Origin: a bacterium
GTDB taxonomy: Bacteria; Patescibacteriota; Patescibacteriia; JAHIZJ01
Direction: 5' to 3'
DNA length: 60,087 nucleotides
Assembly: GCA_030699685.1 (NCBI GenBank)
Contig: JAUYLJ010000007.1
Location: forward strand, 1-60,087
Positions 36,142-43,556 of the stretch are shown here, piece by piece. Both the position numbers and the translations under genes were made by a program. The notes beneath the pieces were generated by a model. That model saw only the letters and a list, made by a program, of their open reading frames with translations, was not told where the DNA came from and searched no databases. Numbering within the stretch: position 1 is the first letter of the stretch; each line of letters opens with the position of its first letter.

Positions 36142-36864
36142 TTAGTTCGGTAATAGCAAGAACTTCAAGCCTATGAGGAGAAGAAAGATTGAAATAACCA
36201 TTCGGAATTTGTTTTGAGGCACGCGATCAACGATTTTTTTCGCCGCCCCTGCTCCGATGAATGAAGCGGGAATAAACAATAATAATCCCCATAGAAATCT
36301 CTGCTCAAGGCTTACCTTATTCAGTAAGTAAGTAATAATTCGCGTGGAATCAATGAATAACGCGATCGCTCCAGCTGTTGAAATGTATACTGCTTTCGGT
36401 AAGTCGAAAGCTGAAAGAAAAATTCCTCGAACCGCTCCACCAACACCAAAAATTCCCGCAAAAAATCCTGATAGTCCACCTCCGAATAGTGCTGTTACCG
36501 TTTTTTTAGGTATTTTGAACGTAGGTTTGAGAAAAAGGAAGAGGACGTAAGTGATCAAAAATCCTCCTAAAATTTGTGAAAGAAGTTTTTCGGATACTGA
36601 AAATACAATACTTGCCCCCAGATAGCTGGCGGCGATTCCCGCGATTCCAAAGGCAAGTATGAGTTTCCAGTTAAACCCTTTTTTGAAAAAAAGAATTTTC
36701 CAAATGTCACCAAACCAGTGAATCACACCTACCAACAAAAGCGTCTGCGGAAGCGGCAAAAAGAACAGCAAGATCGGCACCATGATTGTAGAGGTGCCAA
36801 AACCCGTGAGAGTGCCCACTCCTCCCGCCAGAACGGTAAGCAGGGCGATGAAAATAATTTCCAT
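36142..36864 (-). CDS. TauE/SafE (DUF81) family anion exporter
   Basis: 240 aa with 7-8 TM helices and Gly-rich TM motifs (GGVGTLTGFGTSTI, GGLSGFFAGIFGVGG). Confidence 0.8.
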   Translation of the reverse strand: MEIIFIALLTVLAGGVGTLTGFGTSTIMVPILLFFLPLPQTLLLVGVIHWFGDIWKILFFKKGFNWKLILAFGIAGIAASYLGASIVFSVSEKLLSQILGGFLITYVLFLFLKPTFKIPKKTVTALFGGGLSGFFAGIFGVGGAVRGIFLSAFDLPKAVYISTAGAIALFIDSTRIITYLLNKVSLEQRFLWGLLLFIPASFIGAGAAKKIVDRVPQNKFRMVISIFLLLIGLKFLLLPN

Positions 36865-36901
36865 GGTATGTGTTTTGAAATATGGAAGGGGTTTCAGCTA
36901 A

Positions 36902-36951
36902 CGTTTCGGTATCATGCGAAGTTGCGTAGCAATCTGGGTGTTTACGAAACG
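36902..36951. repeat. Hairpin CGTTTCG-N36-CGAAACG. Its 5' context (AACGTTTCGGTATCAT) matches the repeat family at 40.9-42.2 kb.
   Basis: AACGTTTCGGTATCAT against AACGTTTGCGTATCAT (copy B) gives 14 of 16 identical positions. Confidence 0.5.
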
Positions 36952-36969
36952 GGCTAATGACCTAATTCT

Positions 36970-37359
36970 TTACGAATGTTCTTTGAAAAATGGTTTGAAG
37001 TATAGCTCTATTTTTAATTTGCATATCTCATCTTTGGTAGCCCATCGTTGTTCTATATGTTCTTCGCTTAGTGTAAGATCTCCAGAAATTATTTCAGTTG
37101 AGTAAATCGTAAAACGATGAGTATTGTCCCCTTTATTATCCAAATCAAACTCGTATACGCCAAGAATCTCAAGCGGTTGAATATCTAAACCAGTTTCTTC
37201 TTTTACCTCACGGGCAATACCAGCCAAGGGGTTTTCATCGGGTTCAAGTTTGCCGCCGGGAAAATCCCAATGCAGGGGAAAATACTTGGCGTTTTCAGAT
37301 CGTAAGCCAATCAAGTACTTGTCACCTTTTTTCACAACTGCTTTTTGAATGAGATTCAA
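36970..37359 (-). CDS. Nudix hydrolase
   Basis: Nudix box GGKLEPDENPLAGIAREVKEETGL. TTG start. Confidence 0.85.
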   Translation of the reverse strand: MNLIQKAVVKKGDKYLIGLRSENAKYFPLHWDFPGGKLEPDENPLAGIAREVKEETGLDIQPLEILGVYEFDLDNKGDNTHRFTIYSTEIISGDLTLSEEHIEQRWATKDEICKLKIELYFKPFFKEHS

Positions 37360-37416
37360 AAGAATTTACATTAATTGTATAGCCCCGAAGTGAGAAGCTG
37401 ATGTCGTATACTTCGT

Positions 37417-37428
37417 GTTAGGCGATGG
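37417..37428. repeat. Conserved 12-mer GTTAGGCGATGG, copy 1. It contains the canonical integron core GTTAGGC (GCCTAAC on the gene strand).
   Basis: Identical to 38104-38115. It is part of the hairpin GCC..ACGAAGT-N18-ACTTCG.GGC on the minus strand. Confidence 0.6.
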
Positions 37429-37442
37429 AACACACCACATGG

Positions 37443-37738
37443 ATGACTGCTTTGAGAGGGTGGGGAGGAATTTCCTCCCCAGAGGGTTGGGTTATTGATT
37501 GACTATCCGCAATGCCGCCTTGGCAGCTTCCTCCATGGTTTTGCCGTAGCCGCGGACATCGTGACTTTCTGCTGCCGGGAGATTGTCGAGCCGAGCCCTT
37601 CCCCTTCCAATTAAGCGGACTTGGAAGGGAGATGGACAGTTCGGATTGTGGTGTAATGAGAACGTTCGCTCACACAGTTGTCTTGTATATGTCTCCACAG
37701 AGCACCTCCTTATATCCAAACCCTCTCAAAGCAGTCAT
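37443..37738. repeat. 19-bp perfect inverted repeat (ATGACTGCTTTGAGAGGGT / ACCCTCTCAAAGCAGTCAT) bracketing a 75-codon ORF
   Basis: The arms are at 37443-37461 and 37720-37738. The GGGGAGG-aattt-CCTCCCC hairpin at 37462-37480 lies just inside the left arm. Confidence 0.85.
37492..37719 (-). CDS. Small hypothetical protein (75 aa, TTG start), possibly HicB/UPF0150-like
   Basis: The C-terminal GYGKTMEEAAKAALRIV resembles the G.G.T.EEA...A...I motif of HicB-type antitoxins. This is a weak call. Confidence 0.35.
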   Translation of the reverse strand: MDIRRCSVETYTRQLCERTFSLHHNPNCPSPFQVRLIGRGRARLDNLPAAESHDVRGYGKTMEEAAKAALRIVNQ

Positions 37739-37801
37739 TGTAAAAAGAGTTCTTTCACCTAAGGTTTGCGTATAACACGCAGTGTTATATAAAGTACTAT
37801 A

Positions 37802-38062
37802 TTATTTCCACTCTATTATGTACATGCCGTATTTTTCTAATTCTTCTTGTGGCCAATATCTTGTTGGGCTTTCATGTTTTAGAACTTTTTTTACCTTTCG
37901 TGTATATTCACGGCCGGTATATTCTTTTGTCTGCGGATCCCATTCTCGGAATTTTATTTGATCACCATCTTGCAGGTCAAAATCCGCTAATTTAAAATCG
38001 TTTGAGGTGTTTTTATCGAGGTCAAAATAGTCTGGCCACAATTTCTTTTCTACGGTTTTCAT
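37802..38062 (-). CDS. DUF3850 (ASCH/PUA-like) domain protein
   Basis: KLWPDYFD...DGDQIKFREWDPQTKEYTGREYTRKV is the typical DUF3850 pattern. Confidence 0.75.
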   Translation of the reverse strand: MKTVEKKLWPDYFDLDKNTSNDFKLADFDLQDGDQIKFREWDPQTKEYTGREYTRKVKKVLKHESPTRYWPQEELEKYGMYIIEWK

Positions 38063-38103
38063 ACGTTTAATGGGAAGAAATAGTACGGTATTTTATAAGC
38101 CAT

Positions 38104-38115
38104 GTTAGGCGATGG
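38104..38115. repeat. Conserved 12-mer GTTAGGCGATGG, copy 2, starting 3 nt after the Nudix stop on the gene strand
   Basis: Identical to 37417-37428. Confidence 0.6.
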
Positions 38116-38117
38116 TA

Positions 38118-38534
38118 TTATTCACTATGTTTAAATGGATTAAAACCTTGTTTAATGAGATTCTGTTCGGAAATGAATAGGGGTTGTGGCGGGTTAGTCC
38201 AATCAAACCATGACCATTGCTCACATTTTTCCGGTTCCATAATTTGCAGATCACCCGAATTATATTCCGCGGTCATAAATATAGTGATGTAGTGTTTGCC
38301 TTCAACCGGGAAAATGTCGTTGGTAGCAGTAGCAAAGTTTACATTTTTAATGCTCAAACCAGTCTCTTCCAATGTTTCACGCACCGCACATTCTTCCCAT
38401 GGCTCATTAAATTCAAGATGACCGCCAGGAAAACACCACGAACCATCACCATGAGCATTTTTACGTTTACCAAAGAGAACTTTGCCATCTTTTACAATGA
38501 GAACCCCAACCCCGACTTTTGGTCTATTGTCCAT
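38118..38534 (-). CDS. Nudix hydrolase (MutT-like)
   Basis: Nudix box GGHLEFNEPWEECAVRETLEETGL. Confidence 0.88.
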   Translation of the reverse strand: MDNRPKVGVGVLIVKDGKVLFGKRKNAHGDGSWCFPGGHLEFNEPWEECAVRETLEETGLSIKNVNFATATNDIFPVEGKHYITIFMTAEYNSGDLQIMEPEKCEQWSWFDWTNPPQPLFISEQNLIKQGFNPFKHSE

Positions 38535-38646
38535 ACATTTAAATATTATTTACTTAGACGGTTTCAGGAATTTAGTGAAACGAGTTTGTTAAATACTTCA
38601 TGAGGTTTGTGGAAGTTAGTGTGAATTTCATTTTTCAAATTATGTC

Positions 38647-40740
38647 TTATTTATTTACTTTCAAAAATTTTGCATTAATAGCTACAATAACTGTACTTAA
38701 GGACATTAGCGCCGCTCCTATAGCAGGGGAGATTAAGATTCCATAACCATACAACACTCCAGCAGCTAGAGGTATGGCAACTACGTTGTATCCAGTTGCC
38801 CAGAATAAGTTTTGAATCATTTTACTGTACGTTGCTTTTCCAAACAAGATTAGAGAAGTAACATCTTTTGGATTGCTGTTTACTAATATTATATCTGCCG
38901 TTTCAGCGGCAACGTCTGTCCCTGATCCGATAGCTATTCCAATGTTTGCTTGTGCTAGGGCAGGAGCATCGTTGATGCCATCTCCAGTCATAGCGACAAA
39001 TTCTCCTTTGCTTTGGAGTTCTTTGATTTTTTCTAATTTCTCATGTGGCAGTACTTCTGCAAAAAATCCTTCTAGTTTTAATTTCGTAGATACTGTTTTG
39101 GCGATTACTTTATTGTCTCCTGTTAACATCCAACATTTTATTCCAGACTCTTGAAGTTGTTTAATCGCCTCATATGATTCAGGCCTTATTTTGTCTGCAA
39201 GTGTAATAACTCCGACTGCTTTGTTGTCCACTATTACATAGACTAATGTTCCGCTATCATCAATTTCTGAAGCTGGAATGTTTACATTGTTCTTTGTAAT
39301 GTATTTTTGGCTTACAAGTTTGACAGTTTTTCCGCTTACTTTTCCTTCTACACCTTCTCCTTTCATTACTTTGAAGTCTGTTGCTTTAACATCTTCAGCG
39401 CCAATCTGTTTTGCTTTGGCAATTATTCCTTTAGCTATTGGATGTTCTGAATTCTTTTCAAGTGATGAGGCTAACTCAATTATTTGCTTTTCATTGTGGC
39501 TTTTGTCAAATATTGCAATTGCAGCGACTCCAAATTTTCCTTCGGTTAATGTTCCTGTTTTATCAAATATAATTGTTGATATTTTTCTTGAGTTTTCAAA
39601 TGCTGTTCTGTTCCTTATCAATAAACCATTCTTAGCAGACAATGAAGTAGAGACAGCGCTTACCAAAGGAATAGCTAATCCCAGAGCATGAGGACATGCA
39701 ATAACCATGACTGTAACCATCCTTTCTATGGCAAAGGCTGTGTCAATACCATAAATAATCCAAAAGGCAAACGTGCCCACGCCTGTTGTTACTGCAACGA
39801 TAGACAGCCATTTCGCTGCAACATCAGCCAGCCTTTGTGTTTTAGATTTTGATGCCTGAGCATCTTTAACAAGATTGATGACTTTATTAAGATAAGATTC
39901 TTCCCCCGTGCCTTCAACCGTAACTTCCAGAATTCCATCTCCATTGATAGAGCCACCTATAACCTTATCATCCTTCTTTTTCTGGACAGGTTTTGATTCC
40001 CCAGTAAGCATTGACTCATCAAGATAGCTATTTCCTTTTACAATAATACCGTCAGTGGGAACTTTCTCTCCTGCCTTGACAAGAATAATATTTCCTTTTT
40101 TCAGCTCAGAAATTTTAACATCTATTGTTTTTCCATTTTGAATTAAATGAGCAGTATCTGGCAATAACTGAGCTAATTTTTCCAAGGCCTTCGATGCTCC
40201 TAAAACAGATTTCATTTCAATCCAATGTCCAAGAAGCATCACATCAATAAGTGTGGCTAATTCCCAGAAGAAAAACTTCCCCCGTAATCCGAATACGACA
40301 GCAGTGCTATAAATGTAAGCGACAAAAATAGCCAACGCTATTAATGTCATCATGCCTGGCTGTTTCTTTTTTAGCTCTTCAAAAATGCCTTTAAGAAATG
40401 GCCATCCTCCGTAAAAGAATATGAAGCTTGATAATATCCATAAAACATATTTATCTCCTGCAAAACTGTAACTTATGCCAAGAAACTGCTGTATCAATGG
40501 GGACAAAAGGAGAATAGGGATTGTGACAATGATTGAGACTAAAAATCTTTTTTTGAAGTCTCTTACCATGTGCTTGTGATGCTCTGAGTGGTCATATTTT
40601 TTGTGCATTGATTGACTATGATCAGATGATTTGTCATCCTCTATTTTGCTAAGTTTAGCACCGTCCATAGTGCACTTTCCTGGCTTGTCATATTCCATTC
40701 CGCATTTTGGACATTTGTATTTATTCATATTAGCCACCAT
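38647..40740 (-). CDS. copB: Copper-translocating P1B-type ATPase (CopB-like, CPH motif) with an N-terminal zinc-ribbon and a His-rich segment
   Basis: TGES, CPH (ACPHALGLAIP), DKTGTLT, GDGINDAPAL, N-terminal CPKCG...GKC, and SDHSQSMHKKYDHSEHHKH. Confidence 0.9.
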   Translation of the reverse strand: MVANMNKYKCPKCGMEYDKPGKCTMDGAKLSKIEDDKSSDHSQSMHKKYDHSEHHKHMVRDFKKRFLVSIIVTIPILLLSPLIQQFLGISYSFAGDKYVLWILSSFIFFYGGWPFLKGIFEELKKKQPGMMTLIALAIFVAYIYSTAVVFGLRGKFFFWELATLIDVMLLGHWIEMKSVLGASKALEKLAQLLPDTAHLIQNGKTIDVKISELKKGNIILVKAGEKVPTDGIIVKGNSYLDESMLTGESKPVQKKKDDKVIGGSINGDGILEVTVEGTGEESYLNKVINLVKDAQASKSKTQRLADVAAKWLSIVAVTTGVGTFAFWIIYGIDTAFAIERMVTVMVIACPHALGLAIPLVSAVSTSLSAKNGLLIRNRTAFENSRKISTIIFDKTGTLTEGKFGVAAIAIFDKSHNEKQIIELASSLEKNSEHPIAKGIIAKAKQIGAEDVKATDFKVMKGEGVEGKVSGKTVKLVSQKYITKNNVNIPASEIDDSGTLVYVIVDNKAVGVITLADKIRPESYEAIKQLQESGIKCWMLTGDNKVIAKTVSTKLKLEGFFAEVLPHEKLEKIKELQSKGEFVAMTGDGINDAPALAQANIGIAIGSGTDVAAETADIILVNSNPKDVTSLILFGKATYSKMIQNLFWATGYNVVAIPLAAGVLYGYGILISPAIGAALMSLSTVIVAINAKFLKVNK

Positions 40741-40869
40741 TTATAAATTAAAAGTTATAATCATTGTATTAGTACTGTTTTTAATAAACACATTTTATAA
40801 CGAAGTGGAGAGAACATATTATTAACCCCCTCATTTCTTATTCTCCGTTAGAAAAATATTTTTTGTGTT

Positions 40870-40935
40870 GCGTATAGCGTTTGTGTCTCATATGCTGTGT
40901 CGCGGAAGTGCATGGCAGATATACGCTGTTGTGCG
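40870..40935 (+). repeat. Structured repeat copy A (attC-like imperfect palindrome)
   Basis: GCGTATAGC-GTTT-GTGTCTCATATGC...GCAGATATACGC-T-GTTGTGCG. It aligns with copies B and C. Confidence 0.8.
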
Positions 40936-41039
40936 TTGATTTAGCTTTTCTTCCATTGACATTTTAGTGTAGCTGTGTCAACCTCTTCACAAGTGGTTTT
41001 AGTCCTTCTAGTTGATCATTCCTAAGGAGGGTGTTTCGT

Positions 41040-41342
41040 ATGCCAAAACTCAACATGTCTATTCGGCATCAGCTTCCGCGAGAGGAAGCGCTTACCCGCA
41101 TCCAGCGGTTGCTGGGCGAGGTGAAGAGAGAACAAGGTGACAAGATTAGTGATCTGCACGAACAATGGAGCGGCAACGCCGGTAACTTCAGCTTCAAGGC
41201 GGCGGGTTTCTCGGTTTCCGGTACTCTGGAGGTGACTTCTTCGGAAGTCAGGTTGAACGGCAATCTCCCGTTCGCAGCCAACTTTTTCAAGGGCAAGATC
41301 GAAAACACGATTCGTCAGCGGGCCCAGCAGCTACTGGCTTGA
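41040..41342 (+). CDS. Polyhydroxyalkanoic acid system (PHA_gran_rgn) family protein
   Basis: MPKLNMSIRHQLPREEALTRIQ...SGTLEVTSSEVRLNGNLPFAANFFKGKIENTIRQRAQQLL fits the family pattern. AAGGAGG lies 9 nt upstream of the ATG. Confidence 0.7.
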   Translation: MPKLNMSIRHQLPREEALTRIQRLLGEVKREQGDKISDLHEQWSGNAGNFSFKAAGFSVSGTLEVTSSEVRLNGNLPFAANFFKGKIENTIRQRAQQLLA

Positions 41343-41364
41343 AGTTCTCTAGACCATCCCGTGA

Positions 41365-41394
41365 GGGTCCTGCACATCGGACCCTATTTTTTTT
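41365..41394 (+). terminator. Rho-independent terminator
   Basis: GGGTCC-tgcacatc-GGACCC followed by TATTTTTTTT. Confidence 0.8.
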
Positions 41395-41406
41395 AAAGAC
41401 GAATTG

Positions 41407-41471
41407 GCGCACAACGTTTGCGTATCATCTGCTGTGTCGCAGTAGCGCATGGCAGATATACACTGTTCAAA
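41407..41471 (+). repeat. Structured repeat copy B
   Basis: GCGCACAAC-GTTT-GCGTATCATCTGC...GCAGATATACAC-T-GTT. Confidence 0.8.
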
Positions 41472-41486
41472 ATATTTTCTTCAAAT

Positions 41487-42131
41487 TCACAAAATGGGCT
41501 TTGATCTCGCAATTTTCCATACTGCCAATGTGCTGTATCCGATAGAAAGAATTGCAAGTAAAATGACAATCGCTAGAGTATTAATACCGACTGGAAGTTT
41601 TAATGGTGCAGATATTAATAGTCCTATGCTTACCACAATGGTGACGGCTAGGAGAACAATTGAGGATTTTAGCATTGAATAGATTCTATTTTTTAGCCTG
41701 ATATTACTTTCGAGAAGGTCGGCCATCCTATTGCTCCATCTTTTTCTTTCATCATGGTCTAGTCTTACGCCGTTATCCATATTAAAAGAGCCTTGTTCCT
41801 GCATCGTAAGTATTCTCACGCCTTCGAGTTGTTGGTAGAGTTCTACAATACCATTTCTATCAAAGACCTCCTCTGCATTATCAGTCACGATTCTTTTGTA
41901 TTCACCAAGTATTTCCTCTTCCGACTTGTCAATAAACTCATCTGGCGCCCTTGCTCCTATACGCCAGAGCTGAACTATGCGCACCACCCTACCACGATAA
42001 TTATCGATGGCCGTTTGCACTTTATCGAGCTTAAACACTACGAATGTGCCTCCTAATGCAAGTATAGCAGCGCATGTTTGTGAAATAGTGCTCAAGGTAT
42101 AGAACCATGTACTTGATTCAGTGAAATTCAT
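41487..42131 (-). CDS. Three-TM membrane protein with a central cytoplasmic helical domain, unknown function
   Basis: 214 aa, with 1 TM at the N-terminus and 2 TM at the C-terminus. A+T-rich. Flanked by a 15-bp inverted repeat. Confidence 0.55.
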   Translation of the reverse strand: MNFTESSTWFYTLSTISQTCAAILALGGTFVVFKLDKVQTAIDNYRGRVVRIVQLWRIGARAPDEFIDKSEEEILGEYKRIVTDNAEEVFDRNGIVELYQQLEGVRILTMQEQGSFNMDNGVRLDHDERKRWSNRMADLLESNIRLKNRIYSMLKSSIVLLAVTIVVSIGLLISAPLKLPVGINTLAIVILLAILSIGYSTLAVWKIARSKPIL

Positions 42132-42155
42132 ATTATTGAGAAAATATTTTGAATG

Positions 42156-42215
42156 GCGTACAACGTTTGCGTCTCATCCGAAGTATTCAATATTTCGGAT
42201 AGACGCTGTTGTGTG
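42156..42215 (+). repeat. Structured repeat copy C
   Basis: GCGTACAAC-GTTT-GCGTCTCATCCGAA-gtattcaata-TTCGGATAGACGC-T-GTTGTGTG. This forms a 13-bp stem with a single bulged C plus an outer ACAAC/GTTGT stem. Confidence 0.85.
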
Positions 42216-42226
42216 GAGTTGACCGG

Positions 42227-42808
42227 CTACTTCTTCAGGCATTCATTTAGAAGTTCTGGAAATTCGACGGTTCCTAAGTCGTCAAGACAAAAATGCCCTT
42301 TATTAGCAAATTCTCGATATGTCACCTGATCAATGTTTTCTCGAATTAGAGCGACTGTTTTTAGAATACTTCCATCATCATTTGTTGAGTAAAAAACAGT
42401 AACACCGCTGGTCCGTGAAACAAGACCCCGATCCATTGAAAAGTCAAAGAAATCTGCTGTGTCAGAGCGAGGGTTATTGGAAGGGTTCGTCCAGGGTGCA
42501 ACGAGGATTACCTTACCGACACGGAGATCTGGATGTTCGCTGAGATATCGGATAAGAAAACCACCGCCACAGCTGTGTCCAACGAGCATTGTTTCAGCAG
42601 TCAGCTCAAAACGCTCCAACTCTTTTTTCCATACAGTATAGCGTGGTTGCCACGGTGTTGGGATTTCGAGTGCGACGGTAAAAATATCCTTGAGTATCAA
42701 TTGCTTTGAAAGCCAAGGAAACCAATGATCGTTACTATTCGTTGGGCGCGCCGGATCGTAATATTCGTCTTGATCAGGTCGTCCGGGGATTAAAATCGCG
42801 TTTCTCAT
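42227..42808 (-). CDS. YdeN/RBBP9-family serine hydrolase (alpha/beta fold)
   Basis: MRNAILIPG...HWFPWL...LVGHSCGG (GxSxG)...ILVAPW. Start trimmed from 42919 to M38. Confidence 0.75.
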   Translation of the reverse strand: MRNAILIPGRPDQDEYYDPARPTNSNDHWFPWLSKQLILKDIFTVALEIPTPWQPRYTVWKKELERFELTAETMLVGHSCGGGFLIRYLSEHPDLRVGKVILVAPWTNPSNNPRSDTADFFDFSMDRGLVSRTSGVTVFYSTNDDGSILKTVALIRENIDQVTYREFANKGHFCLDDLGTVEFPELLNECLKK

Positions 42809-43016
42809 AAACTTAGATGATGTTGGTAGCCGGTCAATTTCACACAACTCGTTTTTTAGCGAACCAGTCTCACCTCTACCCACCATAGTTGCATGAAAAA
42901 CAGAATAAGGCCAGAACATATGTCATTCCGCTGAAAAGGCTCAATTACGCTAACCTATATTGACAGTTAGCCTCCATCCGGCTACCCTGGAATCCCGCAT
43001 GTTGCCTTTGACATGC

Positions 43017-43556
43017 TTATTCAGCTCGCTTCCGCGTGCTTTTGTTCCCGGCTGACCTACTCAGTCGGGATTTTTTATTTTTGGAGAGATGCTTAATAAA
43101 AGCTTGTCCGTAGGGAGTAAATCCAGCCTTGGTATAAAAGGCGTGAGCGCGTTTCAGCTCAGCACTGGATTCGAGACGTATCGAATCAATATTTTCTTTA
43201 CGCGCCCATTGTATTGCCGCGGCCAGCAGTCGTTGCGAAACACCCTTGCCTTGCCGGGATTTTTTGACGAACATTTCTTCAATCTCCGCGCAATACCCGC
43301 CCTTTCTTATCTGGGGAATTTTGTAGATGGTCAGTATGCCGATGTAGCTATTTTTTTCTTGCGCTAAAAAGATGGCCGAATCAGGCGAGGCAAGAACGTG
43401 ATCAAAAAGTTCTCCGCCTTTCTTCTGAGCGGATGTTGAAACGAATTTCTTCCCCGGTTCAATGATGGCCATACAAGCCGCACGGAAATCATCAAGCAAC
43501 CGGAGGACGTGTTTTTTATGAGAGCTTTTGGCTCGCAATATTCTCATCTTCTTCAA
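43017..43556 (-). CDS. GNAT-family N-acetyltransferase, coupled to the hydrogenase large-subunit gene
   Basis: Motif A is RQGKGVSQRLL. The TTG start overlaps the hydL stop (TTGA). An alternative ATG lies at 43547. Confidence 0.8.
   Translation of the reverse strand: MKKMRILRAKSSHKKHVLRLLDDFRAACMAIIEPGKKFVSTSAQKKGGELFDHVLASPDSAIFLAQEKNSYIGILTIYKIPQIRKGGYCAEIEEMFVKKSRQGKGVSQRLLAAAIQWARKENIDSIRLESSAELKRAHAFYTKAGFTPYGQAFIKHLSKNKKSRLSRSAGNKSTRKRAE

Noticed and set aside
36086-43016. Calling the block a complete integron
   Set aside because: No IntI-like tyrosine recombinase, attI site or Pc promoter is present in the window. The upstream side runs straight into the hydrogenase-GNAT operon. Only a cassette-array-like (CALIN-like) description is justified.
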